A DNA stretch of 32,000 bases, from the sequence record OZ372947.1; one strand, given 5' to 3'. The notes under the pieces are model-generated. The model made no database searches and was not told the DNA's origin. It was given only the letters and a program-made list of their open reading frames with translations. A program made the translations under genes and the position numbers. Shown here piece after piece: positions 1 through 10,580 of the stretch; position 1 is the first letter of the stretch, and every line of letters begins with the position of its first letter.

Positions 1-827
1 TAATTAGAGTTGAAACATTCTCAAATAAAAATACAGACAGTGCTAGTTTCCGTATTTATATTGCACAACAACGCCGTATTCAAGTTGGAGATAAAATTGC
101 GGGGCGTCACGGTAATAAGGGTGTAATTTCCCGTATTTTACCTCGTCAAGATATGCCGTATTTACAAAATGGTTTAGACGTTGATATTGTTTTAAACCCA
201 CTGGGTATCCCTTCACGTATGAACGTAGGTCAAGTTTACGAAGGCTTATTAGGTTTAGCAAGCCGATATTTAGGTCGTTGTTTCCGTGTTTTACCTTTTG
301 ATGAAGGTTTTGGGTCTGAAGCTTCTCGAGGTATTGTTTATAGTCAATTAGCTCATGCTAGAAAGAAAACAGGACAAACATGGTTATTTGATCCACAATC
401 ATCAGGCAAGAGCCGAGTTTTTGATGGCCGAACAGGTGAAGTTTTTGAACAAAGTATTTTAGTAACACAATCCTATATTCTTAAACTTGAACATCAAGTT
501 GATGAGAAAATCCATGCACGTTCAACAGGTCCTTATTCGTTAATTACTCAACAACCTGTCCGTGGTCGATCTCGCCAAGGGGGTCAACGATTAGGTGAGA
601 TGGAGGTTTGGGCTATTGAAGGTTATGGTGCAGCTTATTTACTTTATGAGATGTTAAGTATAAAAGCCGATGATTTAGTTGGTCGACAACAAGCAGCCAG
701 TGAAATACTTCGTCACCATTATGGTCCTACCCCGATCAATTATGACCAAACTAATAGGCCAGAGTCTTTCCAAGTTTTAGCAAATGAATTACGAGCTTTA
801 TGCTTAGACTTCCAATATCCTAATTAA
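1..827 (+). CDS. rpoB: RNA polymerase beta subunit, C-terminal part (5' end outside window; reading frame 3, first full codon at 3)
   Basis: Frame 3 is open from the window edge. The translation [10 protein letters not shown]...[26 protein letters not shown]...[32 protein letters not shown] carries conserved C-terminal RpoB motifs. It is followed 17 nt later by rpoC1. Confidence 0.95.
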   Translation, partial: IRVETFSNKNTDSASFRIYIAQQRRIQVGDKIAGRHGNKGVISRILPRQDMPYLQNGLDVDIVLNPLGIPSRMNVGQVYEGLLGLASRYLGRCFRVLPFDEGFGSEASRGIVYSQLAHARKKTGQTWLFDPQSSGKSRVFDGRTGEVFEQSILVTQSYILKLEHQVDEKIHARSTGPYSLITQQPVRGRSRQGGQRLGEMEVWAIEGYGAAYLLYEMLSIKADDLVGRQQAASEILRHHYGPTPINYDQTNRPESFQVLANELRALCLDFQYPN

Positions 828-844
828 ATTGAATAACAAAAACT

Positions 845-2896
845 ATGATTAATATAGGCCATACGTCTATTCGGTTTGCTTCACCTGAAATGATTCGACA
901 TTGGGCTCAACGAAAACTTCCAAACGGTCGAATAGTAGGTGAGGTAACCAATCCCGAAACCCTTCAATACCGGACTCAAAAGCCGGTACCAGGAGGGCTT
1001 TTTTGTGAAGCTATTTTTGGGCCAACTATAGAGAATGACTGTTGGTGTGGTTTTTTAGGTAAAATGGAACGTCGCGGGACAATAAAATCTTTTCAATACT
1101 GCCCTAAATGCTTAGTAGAGAAAAAAAATCCAAGGATCCGCCGTTATCGGTTAGGTTATATTGAACTAAAAACTCCGGTAGTCCATCCATGGCTATTGAA
1201 AAGTGTTCCAAATTATTTATCTTTACTTTTGAACTTAAAGAGAAAAGACTTGTTAGAATTTGCTTATTGCCACCAAACAATAAAAATTATATCTAACGAG
1301 TCCAATTCTTTTACATCATTTGGTTACTCTTTAAGCCATGATTTAGTTCCAAGTCCTCCTACATCGAGTGGGAAGCGCTTAAACCCTAATCGTTTTGAAT
1401 TAGGTTTAGTAGCTTCTTTTGGTATGAGAAATTTTGATAAAAATACTAATATCAAAACCTTATCCCATAGCTACAAACCTTTAAAATTAAGACGTAAACT
1501 TCAATCAACAAAACTTTGTACCGGTGGTGAAGCAATAGAATATTTATTACGCCAAGTTCATTTAGAACGAGACCTGCAGATATTATTAAAATCTATTTCA
1601 GATATACAAAAAGAATTATCTATCTTATCACCTATCGAACACCGATTTAAGGAACCACCAAAATCTTTTTCCCGTAGTTTTACGAAATTAAAAAAAGATG
1701 TTAGACGTTTGAAAGTTATTAATGCTTTAGTAGAGGGTTCTATTGAACCAGATTGGTTTATTTTGAAAGCAGTTCCTGTATTACCCCCTGATTTACGTCC
1801 AATATTACGGTTACCTAATGGAGTTTTTGCTGTTTCGGATTTAAATACTTTATATCGAAAGATTTTAATCCGTAATAACCGGTACCAAACATTTGTTCAA
1901 CTTGGGTTATGGGGTGCTGTTTTAATGGAAAAACGTTTATTGCAGGAGGCAGTAGACCAACTTATTGAAAATAAACGTTCTACTACACCTTTTAGCCAAA
2001 AGCGTCATTTAAAATCTCTTTCTGAAAGTTTAAGAGGTAAGCAAGGGCGATTTCGTCAAAATTTATTAGGTAAACGTATTGATTATTCTGGCCGATCTGT
2101 TATTGTTGTAGGGCCACAGTTACGCTTGAATCAATGCGGGTTACCTCGTGAAATGGTTTTAGAATTATTTCAACCTTTTTTAGTAGCGCGCTTATTAGGC
2201 CGTTCACAATTAGCGCGATCTGTACGCCAAGCTAAAACTTTCCTTCAAAATCCAGCAAGTAGATTTTGGCCCTTAATTCAATCATGTATTGCTGAACACC
2301 CTATTTTATTAAACCGAGCTCCGACACTACACCGTTTAGGTATTCAAGCTTTCGAACCAAAGGTTGTATCAGGCCGCGCTATTTTACTCCATCCTTTAGT
2401 TTGTCCAGCTTTTAATGCTGATTTTGATGGAGATCAAATGGCAGTTCATGTACCACTTTCTATTGAAGCACAAAGTGAGGCCCGAGTTTTAATGTTAGCT
2501 ACCCATAATTTACTTTCCCCTGCTACGGGTCACCCTGTAACATTACCTAGTCAAGATATGGTTCTAGGGTGCTATTTTTTAACAGCAGATGCAAGGATGT
2601 ACCAAAAAGGCTTTTTTAATAGCTTCGAAGAAGTTCTTTTTGCTCACGAAAATAAAAAAGTGGGGTTACACACATGGATATGGGTGCGTTGGAATCAAGG
2701 TTTTACTGGTTGGTCAGAAAAGATGAGCCCGTTAGAAGTTCGTATACATCCTAAAGGATTTCGAATTGAGATTTATAAAGAAAGTATTCGAATTTATAAT
2801 AAATTGGGTTATTTAAATCACCAATATATTAAAACTACAACAGGTCGTATCTTATGGAATCAAGCTATTTATGATATATTTCAATCAACATTTTGA
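845..2896 (+). CDS. rpoC1: RNA polymerase beta' subunit (N-terminal half, plastid/cyanobacterial split form), 683 aa, no intron
   Basis: Conserved motifs are LPNGRIVGEVTNPETLQYRTQKPVPGGLFCEAIFGP, VLPPDLRP, the NADFDGDQMAVHVPLS catalytic Mg site, and RAPTLHRLGIQAFEP. Stop is TGA. Confidence 0.95.
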   Translation: MINIGHTSIRFASPEMIRHWAQRKLPNGRIVGEVTNPETLQYRTQKPVPGGLFCEAIFGPTIENDCWCGFLGKMERRGTIKSFQYCPKCLVEKKNPRIRRYRLGYIELKTPVVHPWLLKSVPNYLSLLLNLKRKDLLEFAYCHQTIKIISNESNSFTSFGYSLSHDLVPSPPTSSGKRLNPNRFELGLVASFGMRNFDKNTNIKTLSHSYKPLKLRRKLQSTKLCTGGEAIEYLLRQVHLERDLQILLKSISDIQKELSILSPIEHRFKEPPKSFSRSFTKLKKDVRRLKVINALVEGSIEPDWFILKAVPVLPPDLRPILRLPNGVFAVSDLNTLYRKILIRNNRYQTFVQLGLWGAVLMEKRLLQEAVDQLIENKRSTTPFSQKRHLKSLSESLRGKQGRFRQNLLGKRIDYSGRSVIVVGPQLRLNQCGLPREMVLELFQPFLVARLLGRSQLARSVRQAKTFLQNPASRFWPLIQSCIAEHPILLNRAPTLHRLGIQAFEPKVVSGRAILLHPLVCPAFNADFDGDQMAVHVPLSIEAQSEARVLMLATHNLLSPATGHPVTLPSQDMVLGCYFLTADARMYQKGFFNSFEEVLFAHENKKVGLHTWIWVRWNQGFTGWSEKMSPLEVRIHPKGFRIEIYKESIRIYNKLGYLNHQYIKTTTGRILWNQAIYDIFQSTF

Positions 2897-5186
2897 TAAA
2901 ACAAAGTTACGTTTGTTTATTGCTTGGTTGCTAACACGCCTCGGAGGTTGGCAAACAATTCATGCTTTGGAACGTTTTAAAACTTTAGGTTTTGGTTATG
3001 CTACTCGAGCAGGTGTTTCATTAGGGGTTGACGATTTATCGGCACCCCCATTAAAAATTGGTTTCGTAGATGCTACTTCAAAATTTGTTCAGTCATCTTT
3101 TGGTGGCCAATCTATCGGTTCTGAAAAAGCTCAACGTGTTATTGATTCGTGGTCTGGTGCAAGTGAAGTACTTAAAGATGCTGTTGTTGACCATTTTTTA
3201 CAAACCGATCCGTTAAATCCTATCTATATGATGGCGTTTTCAGGAGCTCGGGGTAGTTTAACTCAAGTACGCCAATTAGTTGGTATGCGTGGTTTAATGG
3301 TAGACCCTATGGGTAATATTTTAACTTTACCAGTTCAACATTCATTCCGTGAAGGATTAACCGTAACGGAATATATGATTTCTTGCTATGGTGCACGAAA
3401 AGGGCTAGTTGACACTGCACTACGAACAGCTAAATCGGGTTATTTAACACGCCGGTTAGTTGATGTTGCACAAGATGTTTTAATCCGACGTATTGATTGT
3501 GGGACAAAAAAGGGGATCTTACTAACTGATTTAAAAACTCCAGAAGGTGTTCTGTTACGCCCTTTAAATGCACGTTTATTGGGCCGGGTATTACTACCAA
3601 CTAATCAGGTAATTGATACACAATTAGCTAGCACTTTAAGCTCTCAAAGTAGCGTCCATGTACGTTCCCCTTTAACTTGTCGCCCGAATTTAGGTACAGG
3701 AAGTCCCGATGTTTGTCAGCTATGTTATGGGTGGAATTTAGCCCGTGGCCAAACGGTTCAAGTTGGTGAAGCTGTAGGTATTTTAGCTGCCCAATCTATT
3801 GGAGAGCCGGGAACACAGTTAACTATGCGTACATTCCATACGGGAGGTGCTGTTGCCGGTCAACGTAGTAGTCGTTTACGTGCACCGAGAGCAGGGCGCT
3901 TATGTTTTTCATCAGAACAACCTGGGTCATTAGTCCGTACATCAATTGGTGAATTAGGTTTTATTGTATATCAAACTTGCCAATTTTCAATCTTTACGTC
4001 TGAAGGCAATAATATTGAGAGGTTAGACTATAAAGTACCGGCTGGTACATGTTTGCTTGTTCGACATGGACAATGGGTTCGTCGATTCCAAGATTTAGCA
4101 TTTTGGCCTCTTTCAAAAGCAACAACAAATCCCGTTCTAAACGAATATAAAGCAGGTACTAATTTCAATGCTCAGTGGGCTTTTAGCTCAAAGGCAAGTG
4201 AAACTGACAATATTCAGTCACTTTGGTTGTTATCCAGCTCATCGTCTAGTCGTTTAAATACTAAAAATATTTTTGGTGATAAAATTGAAACCGGTGAAAT
4301 CCAGTCTCAATTTACTCTTTTTGATAATTCTGATTTACAAAAAACGGAAAAACTAAAGTCAAAAGTTTTGTTGGGAGATTACATTTTGGAAAAAACGGGA
4401 TTTCGTACAAACCAAATAAACTTAAATACAGGCCGATTAATAAGTTGGCAAAATAAGTGGTTAGGTTTTCGTAAAGCCCAGCGCACCTTAGTAAACCTTA
4501 AAAATTTACAAGGTTTAGCAGAAAATCAATTTAATGCATTAAATGAGGGACAATGGCTCCCACGTGGAACATTCTTAGGGTTGTTTGTTTACACTACACC
4601 AACATCTGGTGATATTGTTCAAGGTTTACCTCGGATTGACGCTTTGTTTGAAGCTAGGTCATCGACAGGTTTATCTGAAGAGATGATTTTGGTTTTTAAT
4701 TCCTTATTGAAAAAAGGTGTACCTGCTCAGAAAGCAACAAAGTTAGCTTTTACTTTTATACAAGAACGTCTAATTTGTCGAATACAAGAAGCTTATTTAG
4801 ATCAAGGTGTTCATATTGATGATAAGCACCTTGAAGTAATTGTCCGTCAAATGACTTCAAAAGTATTAATTAATTATTCGGGTGATAGTCCATGTGTTCC
4901 TGGTGATTTAATTTCATTAGAAGAAGCTGAAGCTTTTTCTAGTGCACTAAGAGCATTAGGAATGGAAGAACTTATTTATGAGCCGACTTTAACTGGTATT
5001 ACTAAAGCGGCTTTACAAAAACAAGGTTTTCTTTCACCGGCCAGTTTCCAAGATACTATTCGAGTATTGCTTCGATGTTCTCTTCAATCACAACAAGACC
5101 CTGTCCGTGGACTTAAAGAACACGTAATTTTAGGCCAGAGTTTACCATCAGGAACGGGCCATAGAGCTAGTCAGCTCTTCAATTAA
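2871..5186 (+). CDS. rpoC2: RNA polymerase beta'' subunit, compact 771-aa form
   Basis: Conserved motifs are MAFSGARGSLTQVRQLVGMRGLM, GYLTRRLVDVAQD, AAQSIGEPGTQLTMRTFHTGG, HLEVIVRQMTSKV and LKEHVILGQSLPSGTG. The ATG at 2871 lies 26 nt inside rpoC1 in another frame. The N-terminal FNQHFDKTKLRLFIAWLL resembles the conserved RpoC2 N-terminus. Confidence 0.9.
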   Translation: MIYFNQHFDKTKLRLFIAWLLTRLGGWQTIHALERFKTLGFGYATRAGVSLGVDDLSAPPLKIGFVDATSKFVQSSFGGQSIGSEKAQRVIDSWSGASEVLKDAVVDHFLQTDPLNPIYMMAFSGARGSLTQVRQLVGMRGLMVDPMGNILTLPVQHSFREGLTVTEYMISCYGARKGLVDTALRTAKSGYLTRRLVDVAQDVLIRRIDCGTKKGILLTDLKTPEGVLLRPLNARLLGRVLLPTNQVIDTQLASTLSSQSSVHVRSPLTCRPNLGTGSPDVCQLCYGWNLARGQTVQVGEAVGILAAQSIGEPGTQLTMRTFHTGGAVAGQRSSRLRAPRAGRLCFSSEQPGSLVRTSIGELGFIVYQTCQFSIFTSEGNNIERLDYKVPAGTCLLVRHGQWVRRFQDLAFWPLSKATTNPVLNEYKAGTNFNAQWAFSSKASETDNIQSLWLLSSSSSSRLNTKNIFGDKIETGEIQSQFTLFDNSDLQKTEKLKSKVLLGDYILEKTGFRTNQINLNTGRLISWQNKWLGFRKAQRTLVNLKNLQGLAENQFNALNEGQWLPRGTFLGLFVYTTPTSGDIVQGLPRIDALFEARSSTGLSEEMILVFNSLLKKGVPAQKATKLAFTFIQERLICRIQEAYLDQGVHIDDKHLEVIVRQMTSKVLINYSGDSPCVPGDLISLEEAEAFSSALRALGMEELIYEPTLTGITKAALQKQGFLSPASFQDTIRVLLRCSLQSQQDPVRGLKEHVILGQSLPSGTGHRASQLFN

Positions 5187-5256
5187 CCTTTTATATGGTT
5201 ACACGTTATCTCAATTATTGATAAAATAAAAAATATAAAGTTTAAATAAAAAAATA

Positions 5257-5922
5257 ATGTTTTTTGAACAACTAGTAAAAGTAGGAGGTCATTTAGGACA
5301 TGCACCACGTTCGTGGCATCCAAAAATGGCTCCGTATATTTTAGAAAGTCGTGATGGTGTTCATATCTTAGATTTAGTTCAAAGTTATGCATACTCTAAT
5401 CAAGTCAAACAATTTTTGTCACGTGCTAAAAAGCAAAACAGCACATTTTTATTTGTAGGTACAAAACCTCAAGCAGCGCATTCTATTGCTTTGGCTGCAA
5501 AATCTTGTAATTCATTTTACATTAATCAGCGTTGGCTGGGTGGCTTATTAACAAACTGGTCTACTCTTCGTCGCTCCATTGGTTTATTAAATCGAATGGA
5601 ATTAATTCAACGCCAACGTGTTACAGAAACACTTCCGAAGAAACTAAAATCTTCTTTTTCTCGCGAACATGCTCGTCTGAAAAAATATTTAGGTGGTATT
5701 GAATCAATGCGATCTATACCAGACGTAGTAATTATTGTGGGTCAAAAGGAAGAATCTATTGCTTTAAACGAATGTAAAAAATTAGGTATTCGTACAATCA
5801 CTTTACTGGATAGTAATTGTAATCCGGACTCTGCGGATCTATTTATTCCTATAAATGATGATTCTATTAAAGCTGTTCGTTCAGTATTGACTGATCTTTC
5901 TACTGAAATAAACAAGGTATAA
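5257..5922 (+). CDS. rps2: 30S ribosomal protein S2
   Basis: 221 aa with VGGHLGHAPRSWHPKMAPYI and WLGGLLTNW motifs. It sits in the canonical rpoC2-rps2-atpI position. Confidence 0.95.
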   Translation: MFFEQLVKVGGHLGHAPRSWHPKMAPYILESRDGVHILDLVQSYAYSNQVKQFLSRAKKQNSTFLFVGTKPQAAHSIALAAKSCNSFYINQRWLGGLLTNWSTLRRSIGLLNRMELIQRQRVTETLPKKLKSSFSREHARLKKYLGGIESMRSIPDVVIIVGQKEESIALNECKKLGIRTITLLDSNCNPDSADLFIPINDDSIKAVRSVLTDLSTEINKV

Positions 5923-6030
5923 ACCTCTAATCTTTATTGTTTTCTCTCAGATTGATAAAATAATAACAGAGGTTTATTTCAATTATAAGATTTATCTCTC
6001 AGTCAAAATCTCTTTATAAAAGGTTCGAAG

Positions 6031-6744
6031 ATGAATTTAGCTACTATTGCTTCTCTATCAGTCGGTCAACATTTGTATTGGCGTTTAGGAGATGTAGGAG
6101 CAGTTCACGGTGAAAGTTTAATCACTTCATGGTTTATTCTACTTGCAATCGGTATCGTATCAATTTTAGGAAACAGTAATTTACAATCTATTCCTGAAGG
6201 GTTACAAAACGTTACTGAATTCGCATTAGAATATATTCGTGATATTGCTAAAACTCAAATTGGTGAGGAAGAACACAAAGAATGGGTTCCATTTATTGGA
6301 ACAATTTTCTTATTCATTTTTGTGTCTAACTGGTCAGGAGCGTTATTGCCTTGGCGTGTTATTGAATTACCAAACGGTGAACTTGGTGCACCTACAAACG
6401 ACATCAATACTACGGCTGCTTTAGCTTTATTAACGTCCATTGCATATTTTTATGCAGGGATTAGTAAAAAAGGTATTAGCTATTTCAAACGTTATGTTGA
6501 GCCGGCTCCTTTTTTATTACCAATTAATGTCCTAGAAGACTTCACAAAACCCCTATCACTTTGTTTCCGTTTATTCGGTAACATCTTAGCGGATGAGCTA
6601 GTAGTTGGTGTACTTCTTCTTTTAGTACCACTACTTGTACCTGTTCCATTAATGTTGTTAGGGTTATTTACAAGTGCTATCCAAGCTTTAGTTTTTGCTA
6701 CTCTTGCTGGTGCTTATATTGGTGAATCTTTAGAAGATCATTAA
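6031..6744 (+). CDS. atpI: ATP synthase CF0 subunit a (IV)
   Basis: 237 aa, polytopic, with [10 protein letters not shown] and [18 protein letters not shown] motifs. Confidence 0.95.
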   Translation: MNLATIASLSVGQHLYWRLGDVGAVHGESLITSWFILLAIGIVSILGNSNLQSIPEGLQNVTEFALEYIRDIAKTQIGEEEHKEWVPFIGTIFLFIFVSNWSGALLPWRVIELPNGELGAPTNDINTTAALALLTSIAYFYAGISKKGISYFKRYVEPAPFLLPINVLEDFTKPLSLCFRLFGNILADELVVGVLLLLVPLLVPVPLMLLGLFTSAIQALVFATLAGAYIGESLEDH

Positions 6745-6821
6745 TTTTTAATTTACTTTTTTTTAACAATCTAAATTAAATTACTTTTAATTTAATTTCT
6801 CAAATATAATCTTATAATTAG

Positions 6822-7085
<264 letters not shown>

Positions 7086-7117
7086 CCCTAAAATCATAAA
7101 ACAAAAACTTTAGTTTT

Positions 7118-7624
7118 ATGGGCATTGAATTTAACACAAATATTTTTGAAACCAACCTAATCAATCTTAGTATTGTACTTAGTGTGGTATTTTTAGTGAT
7201 TGGGGATGCTTTCAAAACTGCATTAAATGAGCGTAAAAATGGTATTTTAACTGCTCTTAATGAAGCTGATGAACGTTATGAAGAAGCGCAAAATAAACTA
7301 AATGCTACTTTAGCTCTTTTAGAAGAAGCTAAAGAAAAAGCACAATCTATTCAAAAAGAAGCACCTGGGACTGCTCTTAAAGAAAAAGAGACGATTCAAA
7401 CTCAGTATGCTTTAGAAGAAGATCGTATGAATCAAAAATTTGAAAATGATTCGAATTTAGCACGCGCTCGTATGGCTAAAACACTTTATAACCATATGGT
7501 TCATACTAGCATTTCCAAAGCACGTACTTATCTTGTAACTCATGTGAATCAAGTAGGTCAAAATGCATCTTTATCCAAAGTTGTTGATTTAATTGATTCT
7601 GAAAAAGAAGTAGCTTTAGCATAG
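7118..7624 (+). CDS. atpF: ATP synthase CF0 subunit b (I), uninterrupted (no intron)
   Basis: 168 aa. The N-terminal FNTNIFETNLINLSIVLSVV membrane anchor is followed by a long charged coiled-coil-like region. Position is between atpH and atpA. Confidence 0.85.
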   Translation: MGIEFNTNIFETNLINLSIVLSVVFLVIGDAFKTALNERKNGILTALNEADERYEEAQNKLNATLALLEEAKEKAQSIQKEAPGTALKEKETIQTQYALEEDRMNQKFENDSNLARARMAKTLYNHMVHTSISKARTYLVTHVNQVGQNASLSKVVDLIDSEKEVALA

Positions 7625-7633
7625 GAAAGAAAC

Positions 7634-9148
7634 ATGGTCAAAATTCGTCCAGACGAAATTAGTACAATTCTCCGCCAACAAATTGAAGACTATACACAAC
7701 AAGTAGACGTTACTAATGTTGGTACAGTTTTACAAGTAGGTGATGGTATCGCTCGTGTTTATGGTTTAGACCGAGCAATGGCCGGAGAATTACTTGAATT
7801 TGAAGATGGAACTATTGGTATTGCCTTAAACCTAGAATCTGACAACGTAGGTGTTGTATTAATGGGTGAAGGTTTAGCAATCCAAGAAGGTAGTTCTGTT
7901 CGCGCAACAGGTAAAATTGCTCAAATTCCTGTAGGTGATAAGTTTTTAGGACGCTTAGTCGATCCTTTAGCTCGTCCAATTGATGGAAAAGGTGAGATCC
8001 CTTCGAATGATACACGCTTAATCGAATCCAACGCACCTGGAATTATTTCACGTCGTTCAGTATACGAACCTCTTCAAACAGGTTTAGTAGCTGTTGATGC
8101 AATGATTCCAATTGGTCGAGGACAACGTGAGCTGATTATTGGTGACCGTCAAACAGGAAAAACTGCAATTGCTACAGATACAATTCTTAACCAAAAAGGT
8201 AAAGATGTTGTGTGTGTTTATGTAGCTATTGGTCAGAAAGCATCTACTGTTGCTCAAATTATTGATACTCTAGAAAGCAATGGTGCTATGGAGTATACAA
8301 CTATTGTTGCAGCTAACGCTGATTCACCAGCGACTCTTCAATATCTAGCACCTTATACTGGAGCTGCATTAGCAGAATACTTCATGTATAACGGACGTCA
8401 CACTTTAGTAATTTATGATGATTTATCGAAGCAAGCACAAGCTTACCGTCAAATGTCATTATTACTACGTCGTCCACCAGGCCGTGAGGCTTACCCTGGG
8501 GATGTATTCTATCTTCACTCACGTCTTTTAGAACGTGCAGCTAAGTTAAATGATTCCTTAGGTGAAGGTAGTATGACAGCTCTACCTATTATTGAAACGC
8601 AAGGGGGGGATGTATCTGCATATATTCCAACAAACGTTATTTCCATTACAGATGGCCAAATTTTCTTATCTGCTGATATTTTCAACGGTGGTATGCGACC
8701 AGCTATTAACGTAGGTATTTCCGTTTCACGTGTAGGTTCAGCTGCCCAAGTAAAAGCAATGAAAAAAGTTGCTGGTAAACTGAAATTAGAATTAGCGCAA
8801 TTCGATGAATTAGAAGCCTTTTCACAATTCGCTTCTGATTTAGACGCTGCAACTCAAGCTCAATTAGCTCGTGGTGCTCGTTTACGTGAACTTCTAAAAC
8901 AACCTCAAAGTAACCCATTATCTGTAGAAGATCAAGTTGCTATGATTTATGCAGGAACTAACGGCTACTTGGATGTTATTGACACTCCAAAAGTTCAAGA
9001 GTTCGTTGCTGGTTTACTTAACTACTTAAAGACTCAGAAATCTGTGTATGGAGATACAATCCGTAAGGATTATGTTTTCAGTACTGAAGTAGAAAATTCT
9101 TTAATTGATGGTATTAAAGAATACACTGCAGTATTTACTGGTTCTTAA
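7634..9148 (+). CDS. atpA: ATP synthase CF1 alpha subunit
   Basis: 504 aa with Walker [12 protein letters not shown], plus [47 protein letters not shown]. Confidence 0.98.
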   Translation: MVKIRPDEISTILRQQIEDYTQQVDVTNVGTVLQVGDGIARVYGLDRAMAGELLEFEDGTIGIALNLESDNVGVVLMGEGLAIQEGSSVRATGKIAQIPVGDKFLGRLVDPLARPIDGKGEIPSNDTRLIESNAPGIISRRSVYEPLQTGLVAVDAMIPIGRGQRELIIGDRQTGKTAIATDTILNQKGKDVVCVYVAIGQKASTVAQIIDTLESNGAMEYTTIVAANADSPATLQYLAPYTGAALAEYFMYNGRHTLVIYDDLSKQAQAYRQMSLLLRRPPGREAYPGDVFYLHSRLLERAAKLNDSLGEGSMTALPIIETQGGDVSAYIPTNVISITDGQIFLSADIFNGGMRPAINVGISVSRVGSAAQVKAMKKVAGKLKLELAQFDELEAFSQFASDLDAATQAQLARGARLRELLKQPQSNPLSVEDQVAMIYAGTNGYLDVIDTPKVQEFVAGLLNYLKTQKSVYGDTIRKDYVFSTEVENSLIDGIKEYTAVFTGS

Positions 9149-9152
9149 GTCC

Positions 9153-9187
9153 TTTTTTTTGAGAGGGTAAATCCCTCTCAAAAAAAC
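9153..9187 (+). terminator. atpA 3' stem-loop (T-run/GAGAGGG - loop TAAAT - CCCTCTC/A-run)
   Basis: Perfect inverted repeat ttttttttgagaggg / ccctctcaaaaaaa starting 5 nt after the atpA stop. This is the typical plastid mRNA 3' inverted repeat. Confidence 0.5.
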
Positions 9188-9230
9188 TTGCTTTTAAGTA
9201 AAGAATTTAGTATATTAACAATATAACAGC

Positions 9231-9303
9231 AGGCCTTTAGCTCAGTTGGTAGAGCGCGTGCCTTACAAGCACGATGTCATCGGTTCGATCCCGGTAGGGC
9301 CTA
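9231..9303 (+). tRNA. trnV: tRNA-Val (anticodon UAC), no intron
   Basis: Manual cloverleaf: acceptor aggcctt/agggcct (one G-U), D arm gctc-agttggta-gagc, anticodon arm cgtgc-cttacaa-gcacg, T arm atcgg-ttcgatc-ccggt, discriminator A. 73 nt. Confidence 0.9.
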
Positions 9304-9440
9304 TTTTTTATCTGATACACGGTCAATAAAGACTCTACAAATGTAAAAAAAAACCTTAAAATATATAAGGACATTTATGTAAAATAAAGAGTTTATTTTT
9401 ATTGGTTGTCTATATTAAAGTATCGAATCAATTTATAAAT

Positions 9441-9689
9441 ATGATCCGTCCAGTTTTAACTGAAAAGTCTCTTCGCCTCATGGAAGAAGGTCAATACACA
9501 TTTGACCTGAATCGTGAATGGACGAAGCCACAAATTAAATTTTTTATCGAGGATCTATTTAAGGTACAAGTAAGTGCTATTCGTACGTACCGATTACCTC
9601 GTCAATTAAAAACACAGAAAAGAGCTATTATTCAACTTCAAGGAAGTCAAACTTTAGATTATACTTTCTCTGAAGCCGAAGAATCTTAG
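9441..9689 (+). CDS. rpl23: 50S ribosomal protein L23
   Basis: MIRPVLTEKSLRLMEEGQYTF... is the typical L23 N-terminus. The ORF-track start at 9402 is a TTG extension; I prefer the ATG at 9441. It heads the rpl23-rpl2-rps19-rps3 cluster. Confidence 0.85.
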   Translation: MIRPVLTEKSLRLMEEGQYTFDLNREWTKPQIKFFIEDLFKVQVSAIRTYRLPRQLKTQKRAIIQLQGSQTLDYTFSEAEES

Positions 9690-9718
9690 TAAAACATTAT
9701 TAAAAATCCAATTTTATT

Positions 9719-10552
9719 ATGGGTATCTTAACTAAAACTCGTTCAGTAACTCCTGGTACACGTCATCAGGTAGCAGCTGATTTTTCCGAATTAACAAAGT
9801 CGAAACCCGAGAAAACATTAACTCATGGGTATGCCCGAAAATTTGGCCGTAACCACCGTGGTGTGAAAACAACACGCCATCGTGGAGGTGGTCATAAACG
9901 TAATTATAGGGAAGTAGATTTCCGCCGTGATAAACAAAATATACCAGCACAAGTTGTGAGTATTGAGTACGATCCAAACAGAAAAGCGCATTTAGCCCTT
10001 CTACATTATGAAGATGGTGAAAAACGCTATATACTTCATCCACGTGGGTTAGAAGTTGGAGCTACAGTAGCTTCAGGTTTAAACGTTCCTTTAACTGTTG
10101 GTAATTCACTTCCTTTGAAAAAGATTCCTTTAGGTGTCGATGTACATAATGTCGAAGTTCACCCAGGTAAAGGGGGTCAATTTGGTCGATCTGCAGGGTC
10201 TGCTTGTAGTATTTTGGCTAAAGAAGGTGAATATATTACCTTAAAAATGCCATCAGGTGAAATTCGTAAGGTGTTAGACACTTGTTGCGCAACTATCGGT
10301 CAGGTTGGAAATGTTAACAATAGCAACTTGTGTTCTGGTAAAGCAGGGCGCTCTCGATGGTTAGGCCGTCGACCTCATGTCCGTGGTAGTGTAATGAACC
10401 CTGTAGACCATCCACATGGTGGTGGTGAAGGTCGTGCACCTGTAGGTCGTAAAAGTCCTTCTACTCCTTGGGGTAAAGTAGCTTTAGGTACTCGAACACG
10501 CAAGGTTAATAAACCAAGCACTAAAATGATTGTTCGACGCCGTAAAAAATAA
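9719..10552 (+). CDS. rpl2: 50S ribosomal protein L2, uninterrupted
   Basis: 277 aa with [36 protein letters not shown] and a basic C-terminus. Confidence 0.96.
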   Translation: MGILTKTRSVTPGTRHQVAADFSELTKSKPEKTLTHGYARKFGRNHRGVKTTRHRGGGHKRNYREVDFRRDKQNIPAQVVSIEYDPNRKAHLALLHYEDGEKRYILHPRGLEVGATVASGLNVPLTVGNSLPLKKIPLGVDVHNVEVHPGKGGQFGRSAGSACSILAKEGEYITLKMPSGEIRKVLDTCCATIGQVGNVNNSNLCSGKAGRSRWLGRRPHVRGSVMNPVDHPHGGGEGRAPVGRKSPSTPWGKVALGTRTRKVNKPSTKMIVRRRKK

Positions 10553-10580
10553 AATTAATTAATAAACATTCATTAAGTCT

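Noticed and set aside
43-261. 72-aa ORF on the - strand at the start of the window.
   Set aside because: It is antisense to the highly conserved rpoB reading frame and shows no protein similarity by eye. It is a typical shadow ORF.
5183-5392. 69-aa - strand ORF spanning the rpoC2-rps2 spacer and the rps2 5' end.
   Set aside because: It is antisense to rps2, low-complexity and AT-rich. There is no supporting signal.
5923-6030. Repeated TCTCTCAG motifs and an aaacctct/agaggttt inverted repeat in the rps2-atpI spacer. There is also an AT-only palindrome aaattaaatta/taatttaattt at about 6773-6799 upstream of atpH.
   Set aside because: These are short, AT-rich and of a kind expected by chance in ~30% GC spacers. 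The first has a 38-nt loop. Evidence is insufficient to call them regulatory elements.
6239-6440. Two 61-aa ORFs (+ alternate frame and - strand) inside atpI. Similar internal or antisense ORFs occur at 7812-8036 and 8706-8918 (atpA), 9732-10043 (rpl2), 11865-12092 and 14408-14647 (ycf1), 14627-14827, and 23801-23992 (atpB 5' end).
   Set aside because: All are nested in, or antisense to, strongly supported genes, and none has a recognisable motif. I treat them as chance frames.
9402-9440. TTG-initiated 13-codon N-terminal extension of rpl23 given by the ORF track.
   Set aside because: The conserved L23 N-terminus (MIRPVLTEKS) begins at the ATG at 9441. The extension is AT-rich leader sequence.
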